Numbered from the stretch's first letter, positions 23,225-36,022 are shown. The stretch: DNA of 64,000 nucleotides from an uncultured Chloroflexia bacterium (GCA_963800615.1 CAWDBO010000021.1:504166-568165), one strand, 5' to 3'. Notes: generated by a model not told the origin, from the sequence alone. Numbers and translations: made by a program.

Positions 23225-24265
23225 CTATGCCGGGTGCTGCACGCCGGCCGTGGGGCCGGCGGTGGGGCCGCTGGTCGACACAGCAGCCATGCGCTTGCTC
23301 GCGCGCCGCGCCTGGATCGCCGGGAGCCCGGTGCCGACCAGGATGATGATGCCGATCACCACCCGCTGCCACACCGAAGGCACCCCGATCAGGATCAGGC
23401 TGTTGTTGGCAATGGTCACCAGCGCCACGCCGAGGAGCGTCCCGATCACCGTGCCGCGGCCGCCGGTCAGCGTGGCCCCGCCGAGGACCACGGCCGCGAT
23501 AACGCTCAGCTCCGTGCCGACCAGGGCTTGCGGCTCAGCCTGCCGGGCCAGCGACCCGAACGTCATCCCCGCAATGCCGGACAACACGCCCACGAACGCG
23601 TAGATAAAGTACTGGGTCCGCGCGATGTTGAAGCCTGCGCGCTCGGCGGCCTCACGCGCGCCGCCCAGCGCATAGATGCCGCGCCCGAGCATCGTGTAAT
23701 TCAGCAGGAAATAGGTGATCAATGATCGCGCCGAGCGTGATGAAGATGGCCGGGTGCAAATTGGCGATGCCGCGTTCGAGGGGACGCGCACGATCGCGCT
23801 CCGGGCAAAGGCCGTCAGCGCGGGCGGCACGTCGCGGATGATGTTGTTCCCGATCACGACGAGCAGGAAGCCCTGGAACATGCTCATCGTGCCCAGCGTG
23901 ACGATCAGCGTCGGCAGCTTGAACTTCGCGATGAAGAACCCGTTGATGAGCCCCAGGCACAGCCCGATCAACCCGGCGACGATGAAGGCCGGCCAAATCG
24001 GCGCGTCGGGCGCAAACCCCTTCATCAGCTTCACCGTCGAGTAGAGCGCGAAGATACCGATCGCCATGAACGATAGGTCGATCCCGCCCGAAACGAGCAC
24101 GATCAGGACGCCCATTGCGAAAATGCCGATGACGATGCTGCTTCGGAGCAGATCGAAGAGGTAGCCGATCGAGAAGAAGACCGGGTTCCGAAGCCCGATG
24201 ATCAGGGCCAGAACGATGATGGTAATCGCCACCAGGAATTCGCTGCGGCGCAGGAGTCGGTCCAT
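23225..24265 (-). CDS. Sugar ABC transporter permease 1 (RbsC family)
   Basis: 346-aa ORF with multiple TM helices and [12 protein letters not shown] motif. Confidence 0.7.
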   Translation of the reverse strand: MDRLLRRSEFLVAITIIVLALIIGLRNPVFFSIGYLFDLLRSSIVIGIFAMGVLIVLVSGGIDLSFMAIGIFALYSTVKLMKGFAPDAPIWPAFIVAGLIGLCLGLINGFFIAKFKLPTLIVTLGTMSMFQGFLLVVIGNNIIRDVPPALTAFARSAIVRVPSNAASPICTRPSSSRSARSLITYFLLNYTMLGRGIYALGGAREAAERAGFNIARTQYFIYAFVGVLSGIAGMTFGSLARQAEPQALVGTELSVIAAVVLGGATLTGGRGTVIGTLLGVALVTIANNSLILIGVPSVWQRVVIGIIILVGTGLPAIQARRASKRMAAVSTSGPTAGPTAGVQHPA

Positions 24266-24268
24266 GGC

Positions 24269-25769
24269 TTATTCCTCGATCAGCTTGGCGGTCAGCCGGT
24301 TTTCGGTCGTTTCTTCGGGCCGGATTTCGTCCACGATCTGCCCGTGGCGCATGAGCAGGATCCGATTGCACGTCTGGAGCAGCTCCGGGATATCGTCCGA
24401 AATCACCAGCAGCCCCATGCCCTCGCCCGCCAGCCGGCGCATCATGTCGTGCAGCTCGTCCTTCGAGCCGATATCGACGCCCACCGTCGGCCCGTTGAGG
24501 ATCATCAGCCGAGGCTTGCTGGCCAGCCACTTTGCCAGCACCACCCGCTGCTGGTTCCCGCCCGACAGCGTCTTGACGGGCAGGTCCGGGTTGGCGGTCT
24601 TGATGCGGAGCGAATCGACCCAGGTTGTCCACCTGCCCCTTCACCCGCCGCGGGTCGGTCAAGCCGAGCTTGTTGTGCAGCTGGTCGATGACCCGCACGA
24701 CCACGTTCCGGGAGATGGCCTGCTCCAGGAAGAGCCCCTCGCTCAGCCGGTCTTCAGGCACGTAGCCGATGCCGTGATCGATCGCATTCTGGATCGACCG
24801 GATGGTCACCGGCTTCCCGTCCATGCTGATGTGGCCGGAATCGATCGGCAGCATGCCGAAGAGCGCCAGCGCCAGCTCGGTGCGCCCGGAGCCGAGCAGG
24901 CCGGTCACGCCCACGATCTCGCCGCCGCGCATCTCAAAATTGATGTCCCTGAGCGCCTGGTCGACGTTCAGCCCCTCGACCTTCAGCAGCGGGGGCTTGC
25001 CCGGGTCCGGCGTGAACCGGTAGGTCTTTTCGGTGATGGCGTGGCCGGTCATTTCCAGGATCAGGCGGGCCGTATTGTATTCCTTGCGGTCGCCCGTGCT
25101 GACCACTTTGCCGTTCCGCATCACCACGATGGTCTGCGAGATTTCCAGCACTTCATTCAGCTTGTGGCTGACAAAGAGGAAAGTAATGCCCCGCGCCTGC
25201 AGCTTGTGGATCACCGCGAAAAGGGCCCGGATCTCCCGTTCCGTCAGCGCGCTCGTCGGCTCGTCCATGATGATGAGCCGGGCATTTTGACGCAGCGCCT
25301 TGGAGATGGCGATGAGCTGCTTGTTGGCAACCGACACCTCCTCCACCCGCGCGTCGAGGGGTATGCTCACCTCGATCTGCGCCAGCGCGTCCTTGGCGAT
25401 GTCGCGCACCTTGCGCCAGTTAACCAGGCGCTGGCCCTCGGCCAGCTGCTCGTTCAGGGCGATGTTCTCGGCGACCGTGAGGTTCGGAAAAAGGGAAAAG
25501 TCCTGGTAAATAACCTGGATGCCCTCACGGATCGAGTCGATCGGCCGCAGGTGCTCGTGCTCTTTCCCGTTGATGGCGATCGTGCCCGCATCCTGCTCAT
25601 ACACGCCGGCGATGATCTTGATCAGGGTGGATTTGCCGCAGCCGTTCTCGCCGACCAGGCAGTGGATCTTGCCCGTCTCGATGGTCATGCTGACGTCTTG
25701 CAGCGCACGCACGCCGGCAAATGACTTGTAGATGCCGGTCAGTCGCAGGAGTTCCTCGGCCATAGCCAT
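24269..25769 (-). CDS. Sugar ABC transporter ATP-binding protein, duplicated-NBD (RbsA/MglA type); frameshift(s) near 24550-24650
   Basis: First NBD intact ([22 protein letters not shown]) in 23652..25769; second NBD in 24269..24544 ([29 protein letters not shown]). Confidence 0.7.
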
Positions 25770-25887
25770 CGCCTCGTAGGAGCTAAGAAGCGGCGGGGAT
25801 GAGGGGATGAGGGGATGGCCGTAGGAGCGGGGTCACCCCGCCCCTACGAGCCTCTGCCTCATCCCCGCAACCCCGCTGGTCATCCGC

Positions 25888-26958
<1,071 letters not shown>

Positions 26959-27147
26959 GGTGTATCTCCTCCTAAAGAGATAGAAATGGATGTACCGCAA
27001 ACGGGGTAACCGCGGGTGGGCCTGACCGGCGGCCGCAGGCTGCCCCTACAGACGAACAGAACAGGTAGTTGGCAGTTCATCACAAGCTGTTTCGCGCCAT
27101 GGCCCTCCTTCTCAACGTGGTTCCGGGCTCGCCGGCCCGGGCCTGCT

Positions 27148-27777
27148 TCAGCCGTTAATGGCCTGGAGCACGAGAACGAACATCGCACAGCCCGCGTCGA
27201 CCTTGCCTTCGGTGCGCTCTCCCACCCAACTGGCGCGGCCGACCTTGCTGCGGAGTGGCGTGACGCTGTCCCGGCCGGCTGCCGCCGCTTCGACCGCGGC
27301 CGCGCCGGCTGCCTGCAGCCCGGCCCCCGCCTCGATCGCCGCGGCAAAAGCCTCGCTCGCCGGGTGCAGGGCATCGACGATGGTCTTGTCGCCGGGTTTC
27401 GCCTTGCCGCGGGTCTGGATGCCTTCGTCCGCGGCCCGGAACATGGCGGCCAGGTCGCTCGGCTGGAGCTCCGTCTGGCCGCGCACGACCTTGCCCGCGC
27501 TCATCGAGCGCGCCCGCGGTCAGGGTCCCCATGGTCGACGGCGCGGCCTTGTTCGTGGCCGTGCCCAGCTGGAACAGGTACTTGCCGATGTCGTCGATCG
27601 GGTTGGCATTGACATACTCGAGCAGGGCTTCGCCGATCCTGCCCATCGTGATGCCCATGTCGCCATCGCCCATCGCCTGGTCCAGCGACGTCAGGTAATC
27701 GACCTGCCCGACCATCGCCCGGGCGACCCGGCGGACGGCGTCGACGATGTCACTTCCCTGGATAGTGTCCGTCATGA
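27148..27777 (-). CDS. dhaL: Dihydroxyacetone-kinase L subunit (DAK2/DhaL domain, nucleotide-binding); one frameshift near 27490
   Basis: [44 protein letters not shown] (DGDxG motif) in 27155..28315; C-terminus in 27148..27504. Confidence 0.65.
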
Positions 27778-27792
27778 GCTCCTCTTTCGGCC

Positions 27793-28795
27793 TCAGACCT
27801 GCGTGAAGAACGGCGTGCGCGCGGGATGGTCCAGCAGCCCCGCCAGCTCGTCGTCCACCCGCATCAGCGTGATGCTCGCGCCGGCCATTTCCATCGAGGT
27901 TGCGTACTCGCCGACGTAGGCCCGGTGGATGCCGATGCCCTGCCCGGCCAGGATCTCGTGGGCCTTCCGATAGATGATGTAGAGCTCTTCGGGAGGCGTC
28001 GCGCCGAGGCCGTTCACCATGACGGCCAGTCGGTCGCCGGCCGCGGGCTTGAGGTCTTCCAGGATCGCGCTCATCATGCGCTCGGTGATCTCGTCCGCGC
28101 TCTGGAGCTTCTCGCGTTTCATCCCCGGCTCGCCGTGGATGCCCATGCCGATCTCCATCTCGTCGTCGCCGATCGTGAACGTGGGCTTCCCGGCCAGCGG
28201 CACCGTGCAGGGCGACAGCGCGACGCCCATGGTGCGGGTGTTCGCCAGCGCCTTCTCCGCGGCCGCGACCACGTCGTCGAGCGAGCCGCCCTGGTCGGCC
28301 CGGGCGCCCGCGCACTTGAAGGCGAAGACCATGCCTGCGACGCCTCGGCGGCGGCCGGCTTCTGCCGGCGGCGCGGACGCGACGTCATCCTTGACCAACA
28401 CCGTGCGGACCTCGATGTTGTCTTCGAAGTTGACCGTCTCGGCCGCCATGTCGAAATTCAGGACATCCCCACCATAATTGCCGTAAATGTAGACGACGCC
28501 CGCGCCGCCGTGGATACGCCGGGTGACCGCGGCCATCTGGTCCGCGCTCGGGCGAGGAAAACACGTCGCCCACCGCGCACCCATCCAGCATGCCCTTGCC
28601 CACATAGCCCAGGAACACGGGCAGGTGGCCGGACCCGCCGCCCGTCGCCAGCGCCACCTTGCCCTGCACAGGCGAGTCGGCGCGCACGATGCAGTGCAGG
28701 TCGCCCTCGTAAGCAAGCTGATCGGGATGCGCCTTGATCAAGCCATCGAGCATCTCGGGAACGAAATTCGCCGCTCTATTCAGGATTTTCTTCAT
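27793..28795 (-). CDS. dhaK: Dihydroxyacetone-kinase K subunit (DAK1/DhaK domain); one frameshift near 28530
   Basis: N-terminus [35 protein letters not shown] (28385..28795); remainder in 27793..28716 (..[18 protein letters not shown]..). Confidence 0.7.
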
Positions 28796-28805
28796 AGTCT
28801 GGCTC

Positions 28806-30070
28806 CTAAATGGTGATGTGAGAGGCTTCCTCCTGGACGATGCCGACCAGGTCGTCGATGCTGTTCACCGACTTGCGCTCCATGACCCAGCGGGTCCCGA
28901 TGTGGATTGCCGCCCGCTCGGCCACCGCGCGCTTCTCGGGGTCAGTGATGCTGTTGAAGTCCCAGACGCTGACGATGCCCATCATCCGCCGCAGGAACTT
29001 GGTCCCGCCGTGCCCGGCCATCTCCTGCAGCAGCCGGTGGATGTACTGCCTGCGGAACTCCGCAAAGGCTTCCTCGCCGCCCGGGAAGTCCCAGTACCCC
29101 TGCGGCACGAGCTCGCCCCGGTTGTTCTCTTTCCACACCGCGTCCCACTTGCGCCGCGAACTCGTTCCAGATGGACCGCACCATGTCGAGCAGGTAGGCT
29201 TGATAGCACGCCCGCTCGTCGCGGTCCGGCGTGTGCGCGAAATGCGACAGGTAGTTGAGAATCAGGTTCTGAATGACCGCGCCCACATCGTAGGCGATAG
29301 GCCCGAAAAAGGCGAACTCGGGATCGATCACGCGGGTGTCGGCTTCGTTCAGCATGATGGAGCCGGTGTGCAGGTCCGCATGGATCAGCGCTTCCGCATG
29401 GGTCATGTACGCCTGCTTCATCTCTGCCAGCGCCATCTTCAGCGGCCCGTTCGAGCGCACGGCCCGCACCTCGTCGTCGACGAGCGGGTTCCAGTGGTTC
29501 TCCGGCGACTCCATGTAGGGATTCGTGTAGACGAAGTCTTCCTGGAGCTTCCGCAGCTGCTCGTTGACGAACTTCGCGGCCAGGAGCTTCTTCTCCGGCC
29601 CGGTCGAGATAGAGGTCGGAAGTGTAGAACAGCGAGTTCACCAGGAAGGTGGTGATGTGGTCCACGAAATGGGGAAAGCGCATGCGCGCCACCAGCGACT
29701 TCCGCATGATCTCGTGGGCCTTGAGATGCTCCATCACGACGATGGACATCTCGTCGTCGTGATCGTACACCTCGGGCACCAGACCGGGCGCGAGCTCGTT
29801 GTGCTTGAGCAGCGCCTGCACCTCGTAGCGCATCCGCTCGCGCGTCAGCGGCCACGACTCGCCCGCAACCCTGCAGGAACGGCAGCGCCTGCTTGAGCAC
29901 CACCGATTCGCCCGGGTTCGCCTCGTTGCGCAGGATGAACACCAGGTTCAGGTTGCCGTCGCCGACCTCGCTGACCGAGATGTGGCCGAAGTCGGAGAAG
30001 ACGCGCCTAGCGCGGGTCGCTGCGCGACGTAATCGACGATGGTTGCTTCGTTCAGCGGTCGGTAGGTCAT
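28806..30070 (-). CDS. mtnK: 5-methylthioribose kinase (MtnK/DrdK family; aminoglycoside-phosphotransferase fold); frameshifted
   Basis: ATG at 30070 (MTYRPLNEATIVDYVAQRP..FGHISVSEVGDGNLNLVFIL); then 28982..29833 (EVQALLKHNELAPGLVPEVYDHDDEMSIVVMEHL), 28942..29514 (ALIHADLHTGSIML) and 28806..29138. Confidence 0.75.
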
Positions 30071-30100
30071 AGCGTGTTGTCCTGCGAATAGCGCGCAGCG

Positions 30101-31220
30101 CTACCTGCGCTTTTCCGGGTAAAGCGATAACACGGCGTCGTCCGATGCAGCGCAAATGCCGCGCTCGGTAATCAGCCCCGTGACCAGCCGGGCGGGCGTC
30201 ACGTCAAACCCGTAATTGGCTGCCGGGCTTTCTTCGGGCGTCAGCAGCACTTCGACCAGCTCGCCCTCGTGCAGGCCCTCGATGAGCCTGACTTCCGTGC
30301 CGTTCCGCTGCTCGATGGGAATGTCCCGGACGCCGTCGCGCAGCTCCCAGTCGAAGGTCGAGGACGGCAGGGCCACATAGAACGGGATTCCGTTGTCGTG
30401 CGCGGCCAGGGCCTTCAGGTAGGTCCCGATCTTGTTGGCGACATCGCCAGTATACGCCACCCGGTCCGCCCCGACAATCACCAGGTCCACCAGTCCGTGC
30501 TGCATCAGGTGCCCGCCCGCGTTGTCGGCGATGACGGTGTGGGGCACGCCCTGCTGCACCATTTCCCACGCCGTAAGCCGCGCGCCCTGGTTGCGCGGCC
30601 GGGTTTCGTCGACCCAGACGTGGACGGGGATGCCTTCTTCGAAGGCCGCGTAGATGGGCGCGGTGGCCGAGCCGTAGTCGACAAACGCCAGCCAGCCCGC
30701 GTTGCAGTGGGTCAGGATGTTGACCGGCTCGCCGCCCTTGCGCCGGCTGATCTCGCGGATCAGCGCCACCCCGTTCTGCCCGATGCGGCGGCAGAACTCC
30801 GCGTCCTCGTCCGCGATCGCGCCGGCTGTTTCCAGCGCGGCCTGGATGCGCGAGCTCGGGGTCGCTGCCCGCCGCTTCCATCGCTGCCAGCTGCCGCTTG
30901 ACCGCCCATTCCAGGTTGACGGCGGTTGGCCGGGTGGCGATCAGCGTCGCGCCGTCCCGCTCCACCGCGGCCTGGAACGCCTCGGGCGACGAGCGGGGCA
31001 CGTGCAGCGCCGCAATGTACATGCCGTAGCCCGCGGCCGCGCCGATCAGGCCGGCCCCGCGCAGGTGCATGTCCGCAATCGCGACCGCCATATCCGCCAC
31101 CGTCGCCAGGTCCTCGATCACGAAGCGATGGGGCAGCCCCCGCTGGTCGATGATCTGGACGATCTCGGGATTGTCTTCTTTGAGCCAGATGGTCCGGTAG
31201 TGCCGGCCTTGTGCAAGCAT
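30101..31220 (-). CDS. mtnA: Methylthioribose-1-phosphate isomerase (MtnA, eIF-2B alpha/beta/delta family); one frameshift near 30800
   Basis: N-terminus [39 protein letters not shown] (30204..31220); C-terminus ..[38 protein letters not shown] (30101..30769). Confidence 0.75.
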
Positions 31221-31232
31221 AGGGTCGTCCTG

Positions 31233-32129
31233 TCAGAGCATCTTGGGGAGCAGCGCGTCCCAGATGCGTTCTTCGTTGGCGCTGGCCCCATCGATCGAGT
31301 TGAGCGCCATGATGACATACAGCGCGTCGGCGATGCTGACCTGGGCCAGCCGGGACGCGATGGCCTCGATCCGGGCCGCCCGGTCGACGCTCAGGAGCGT
31401 GACGTCCGCGTGCTCGGTGAGGGAAGACTGCGCGTTGCCCGTGATGCAGATGGTGGCCGCGCCGTTTTCGCGCGCCAGCTTGAGCGTGAGCACGGGATCG
31501 ATGGAGGTGCCCGACTGCGAGATAGCCACCACGACGTCGCCCGGTCCCACCAGCGCCACTTCCATCAGCTGGAGGTACGAGTCGGTCTGCGCCTTGCAGG
31601 TCAGGCCCAGCCGCATGAGCATGTTGTACATGCTGTGGACGATCGGGCCCGACGTGCCGACGCCGACGATCAATATCTTCTTTGCCTTCGTGAGAAGCTC
31701 GATGGCCTTTGCAAGCGCGCCCTCGTCAAGCACTTCGAGCGTGTCGTACAGCGCCTGGATGTTCGCCATGAAGACCTTCCGCGCGATGAGCGCCGGGCTG
31801 TCGCCCACCGCAATGTCGTCGTGGATGATCTGCGTCGGGCTGGAAACGTCACGCGCGATGGAGAGCTTCAGGTCGGTGAAGCCGAGGAAGCCGGCGGCCC
31901 GGCAAAAACGGAGCACGGTGGTGTCGCTGACGCCGCAGGCTTCGGCAACCTGTGCCATGGAGAGGTGAACGATGTGCTGGGGCTGCTGGATGATCCAGTT
32001 GGCGACGCGTGCCTCGGACGCGGCCAACGCGGGGAGACTGCTCCGGATTCGAGTCAGGGAGTTGATAGAGGCGATAGTCGAAGCGCCGTTGGCGAGCTTT
32101 GGCTCTGACTCGTTTTGCACGTCGAGCAC
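31233..32129 (-). CDS. RpiR/MurR-family transcriptional regulator (HTH plus SIS domain), first gene of the mtnA-mtnK-RLP operon
   Basis: 298-aa intact ORF; HTH_6 (LSMAQVAEACGVSDTTVLRFCRAAGF) and SIS domain (ILIVGVGTSG); ends 12 bp before the mtnA start. Confidence 0.8.
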   Translation of the reverse strand: MLDVQNESEPKLANGASTIASINSLTRIRSSLPALAASEARVANWIIQQPQHIVHLSMAQVAEACGVSDTTVLRFCRAAGFLGFTDLKLSIARDVSSPTQIIHDDIAVGDSPALIARKVFMANIQALYDTLEVLDEGALAKAIELLTKAKKILIVGVGTSGPIVHSMYNMLMRLGLTCKAQTDSYLQLMEVALVGPGDVVVAISQSGTSIDPVLTLKLARENGAATICITGNAQSSLTEHADVTLLSVDRAARIEAIASRLAQVSIADALYVIMALNSIDGASANEERIWDALLPKML

Positions 32130-32402
32130 CTTCGTGGTGATACAACCGCAATCTACTCCAAACCGGTAACAATACCACGCAATCCTAGCGCAAACCCTTG
32201 GCGCTTGTCAAATCACGGATGATCCAGGGCGAATCATTCGTGCACCATACCGGGAGGGCTCGGGCCGCGATCATACACATAAGTAATTGATGAATCTGTC
32301 TGGAATGTTGTCTACTGTAAGTCCTGTTACTTCTGCCGGTGTTCGACGCAGGTACCCTAGCCCCCATGTTGGCTCTTGCACTAACAAGCTCTTGGAGGCA
32401 CC

Positions 32403-34449
32403 TTGACACAAAGACCCCACGGCCAGCCGTGGCGATTGGCCTTACATATTTCCGTTGCGCTCGTCCTGCTGCTCCTCCTGGTCATCCCAGTGGTGAGCGC
32501 TGGCAGTGCGGCCGCAGCGGCGTCGGCGCCCATCACCTTCGCGGTGATTGGCGATTACGGAGCAGACACGAGCAATGAGGGGGCCGTCAGGTCACTCGTA
32601 AATGGCTGGTCACCCGCCTTCATTGCCACAGTAGGGGACAACTTCTACAATGCCGCCCTCGATTCAGGCGACACGGGCAACAAATACCACGAGTCGACGG
32701 GCAAGTACTACTGCAGCTATCTGAAGGATGTGGCCGGGACAGACACCTGTCCGACCGGCCAGGCCGCGACCAACGCGTTCTTCCCCGCGATGGGCAACCA
32801 TGACTACAGCGATGCGACGCCTGCGCCCGGAACCTACACCGACTACTTCACGCTGCCCGGCAGCGGCGTCGCCACGAGCGGCAGTTCGGGCAATGAACGA
32901 TACTATGACTTCGTCGAGGGACCCGTTCATTTCTTCGTCCTGAACAGCAACACGGCGGAGCCGGACGGCACGAGCAGCACGAGCGATCCAGGCGCGGTGG
33001 CTGCAGGCGCAGCTGGGCGCGTCCACGGCCGCCTGGAACATCGTGCTCTTCCACCATCCGCCCTACTCGTCCGATTCGTCGCACGGCTCGACGACCTACA
33101 TGCAGTGGCCGTTCGCCCAGTGGGGCGCGGACGCGGTGCTGGCCGGCCATGCCCACGATTACGAGCGCATCGTGCGCGATGGGATCGTGTACTTCGTGAA
33201 CGGGCTCGGCGGCGCGTCGTTGTACGGCTTCGGCACGCCGGTCGCCGGCAGCGCGTTCCGCTACAGCGCCAAGTACGGCGCCCAGCGGGTGACGGCTACC
33301 GACACCAGCCTGACGTTCGAGTTCGTCTCGGTGGATGGGGTGGTGCAGGACTCGTACGCGGTCTCGGCGGGTCAGGCCCCGACGCCGACCCCAACCGCGG
33401 CCGCCAGTGCGACGCCCGCGCCGACAACCGCCTCGACTGCGACGCCCGTCGCCGCCACTGCCACGCCCGTGCCTTCAGGTGCGGTCACTGTGGCCTTCCA
33501 GAACGGCGTTGCGCCGAGCTCGGCCTACGCGGGCGGCGACGATGCCTATCTGTCCCAGGCGAATCCGGGGAGCAACTATGGAGGGGCGAGCTCCTGCCTT
33601 GCCGATGGGGACGACCCGGTTGGCTCGGGAAACGATCTCTCGTGTATGCTGCGCTGGGATGTCAGCTCGATTCCGACGGGAAGCACGGTCACCGCGGCCG
33701 GCATCACGCTCAACGTGACCAACGCTTCGAACGGCAGCTATCCGATCTACCAGCTGCTGCAGCCGTGGCGTGAGGCGGAGGCGACGTGGAACGTGTTCGC
33801 GTCCGGGCAGGCGTGGGTGCGCCCGGCGCGCTGAGCAGCGCGGATCGCGGGGCAGAAGCGCTCGGCGCAGTTGCTGCGTCGGGCACCGGCTCGCGTACGG
33901 TCAACCTTAACAGTCGCGGGGATTGCGGCGGTTCAGTCCTGGATCGATTCGCCGGGTGGGAATCAGGGCTTGATCATTGCGGACACGAATGTCAGCGACG
34001 GTGCGGATTTCTCCTCGAATGAGTCCGGCACCGCGGCAAACCGGCCGAAGCTCACGATACAGTACCTGCCGCCCGCCGGTGGGAGTCAGCCGACGCCCAC
34101 GCCTGTGGTCTCCGACTCTCTGCACGTGGGCGATTTGGACGGCTCGGCGACGCGAGGGTCCAGCCACTGGGCCGCCACGGTCGTGATCACGGTGCATGAT
34201 GCGGCGCACAACGACCGTGCGGGTGTGACTGTGAGTGGGAGCTGGGGCGCGGGCGCATCCGGCACGGCCGCATGCACGACCGGAACGAATGGCGCATGCT
34301 CCGTCCGGAAGGGCTCGCTGTCCTCGTCGACGAACAGCGTGCAATTCAGCATCACGAGCGTAACGGCCAGCGGCGCCACCTATGACGCCGCCGCAAACCA
34401 CGACCCCGACGGTGACAGCGACGGCACGACCATCGTCGTGACCCGCTAA
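32403..34449 (+). CDS. Secreted multidomain metallophosphoesterase (calcineurin-like) with P/T-rich linker and C-terminal beta-rich accessory domains; 2 frameshifts
   Basis: Signal peptide (32403..), metallophosphatase motifs GDYG, GDNFY, GNHDY, GHAHDYER across 32403..33773 and 33043..33834; linker TPTPTAAASATPAPTTAS; C-terminal part in 33871..34449. Confidence 0.6.
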
Positions 34450-34618
34450 CCAGCTCACGAATGACCTCCGAGGTCTTCAAGACCTCGGAGGTCTGCCGCC
34501 CCCCGGGGAGCTCACGCAAACCACGACCCCGACGGCGACAGCGACGGCAGGACACTCGTCGTGACCCGCTAACCAGCTCACGAATGACCTCCGAGGTCTC
34601 GAAGACCTCGGAGGTCTG
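34393..34618. repeat. 103-bp imperfect tandem duplication (copy A 34393-34495, copy B 34516-34618, about 94% identity) covering the last 55 nt and stop codon of the phosphoesterase gene; each copy ends in a 13-bp-stem palindromic hairpin GACCTCCGAGGTC-N5-GACCTCGGAGGTC
   Basis: Read directly; copy A contains the TAA stop at 34447-34449. Confidence 0.7.
34465..34495. terminator. Bidirectional hairpin (13-bp perfect stem, 5-nt loop) between the convergent phosphoesterase and MttB-1 genes; second copy at 34588-34618
   Basis: GACCTCCGAGGTCTTCAAGACCTCGGAGGTC; no U-tract, so intrinsic terminator function is not shown. Confidence 0.4.
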
Positions 34619-34648
34619 TTTGCGAGCCCGGAGGTCTCGTTCCGATCC

Positions 34649-36022
34649 CTACAGTGCGGCCAACCCCATCGTCCGCACCTCGCACTTGATCTCTTCGTAT
34701 AGTCCATTCCAGGCTTGCGTCGGGTGCACGGTCACCAGGTCATATACTTCGTTAAACGGTAAGCCCTGATTTTCCGGCGCGCCCTTCTGGAACAGGAACT
34801 CGTAACGCTTCACGAGCGCGACTGCCAGCTCGTTGGCCCGCTCGAGATCGAGCGCCTGCTCCGTCGCGGCCCGGCCCACTTCGGCCATGAACCGCGCCTC
34901 GAGCCCGCTGGCATGGTGGACCTTGCCGTCGGCCGCACCGCAGCCCTCCAGGTGGCTCCCGCTGACCGTGTGGACGATCGCGTTGGCCGCGGTCTCGTAC
35001 AGCAGCTCGCGCGTTCCCGCGCCCGACTTCGGGTAGATGTCCCCCACGATGACGCACGGCGACCGTTGGGCGAACGCCTGCGCCACGATGCTGCTGACCC
35101 ACAGCACCGCCCGCGTGCTGGTCGCCACGTGCCGGATGTCGATGGGGTGAAGCAGGTGATAGTCCGCCGCGCAGCACAGGTTGGCGAGGATGAAGGAGGC
35201 GGCTTGCACCACCGCGGACCCCGGCGCGGCCCCGCCCATGCCGCCGACGATCACGCACGCGAGGCTCGCATTCAGCATCCCATAATCCAGCGAGTTGATC
35301 ACCCGCGCCAGGTTGCGGTTCTCGATCTTCAGCTCGTTCAGCATCGGCACAAGGTGCGCGTCGCACGGCCGCATGAAAGCGGGACTCGCGACCGAGAGGT
35401 CGCCGATCTCGGACACGCTGCTCTGTGCGGCCAGCAGCCCCGTGCCGGGCCGCCCGGCCTGGCGCAGCGCCTCGCGCAGGTAAGCCAGCTCGCGCCGGGT
35501 CGCGGTGATCTCCAGCGGCGAGCCTGTCTCCACCACCCGGCCGTCCACGTGCGTCAGCGTGCCGCAGGTGACCATGTCGATCAGCCGCTCCTGCGCGTAC
35601 GAGAGGGTCATCGGGACGAAGAGCTGCTCGGGAACCGGGGTGCCCGGCGTGCCGCCCCACGCCTTCGGTGGGCGCCGGTCACAGACCGTGCGGGCATCGA
35701 GCGTGCGCGCGTCCTTCCCCTCCCCCAGCGTGATCGACCGCGGCGCGGCGCGCAGGCCCTGCAGCAGCTCGTCGGGCGTAAAGCGGACGGCCCGGCCGGT
35801 TGAGTAGTTGTAGACCCCCTGCCGCTCGGCCAGCTCGAACGCGGCGTCGAACAGCGCGCTCGCCCGGGCCGGGTCGTCGTTGATCACCCGCGTCTTGTCC
35901 CAGTCCAGCCCGTGCTTCTTGACCAGCTCGCGGGTGGTCATCGCCACTTCATAGTCCCAATCCGACGCGGACAGCGCCCGGCCTTGCTCGCTGCGTTCGA
36001 GGATTTCGAGGAAATTGAGCAC
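34649..36022 (-). CDS. MttB-superfamily (trimethylamine-methyltransferase-like) corrinoid-dependent methyltransferase, non-pyrrolysine type (MttB-1)
   Basis: 457-aa uninterrupted ORF; GTG start at 36022 with AAGGAG RBS; no in-frame TAG. Confidence 0.8.
   Translation of the reverse strand: MLNFLEILERSEQGRALSASDWDYEVAMTTRELVKKHGLDWDKTRVINDDPARASALFDAAFELAERQGVYNYSTGRAVRFTPDELLQGLRAAPRSITLGEGKDARTLDARTVCDRRPPKAWGGTPGTPVPEQLFVPMTLSYAQERLIDMVTCGTLTHVDGRVVETGSPLEITATRRELAYLREALRQAGRPGTGLLAAQSSVSEIGDLSVASPAFMRPCDAHLVPMLNELKIENRNLARVINSLDYGMLNASLACVIVGGMGGAAPGSAVVQAASFILANLCCAADYHLLHPIDIRHVATSTRAVLWVSSIVAQAFAQRSPCVIVGDIYPKSGAGTRELLYETAANAIVHTVSGSHLEGCGAADGKVHHASGLEARFMAEVGRAATEQALDLERANELAVALVKRYEFLFQKGAPENQGLPFNEVYDLVTVHPTQAWNGLYEEIKCEVRTMGLAAL

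Noticed and set aside
34649-36022. Pyrrolysine (in-frame UAG) in the MttB genes
   Set aside because: MttB-1 and MttB-2 are uninterrupted ORFs. Interruptions in MttB-3, -4 and -5 are frame changes between different reading frames, not in-frame TAG codons. These are non-Pyl members of the superfamily.
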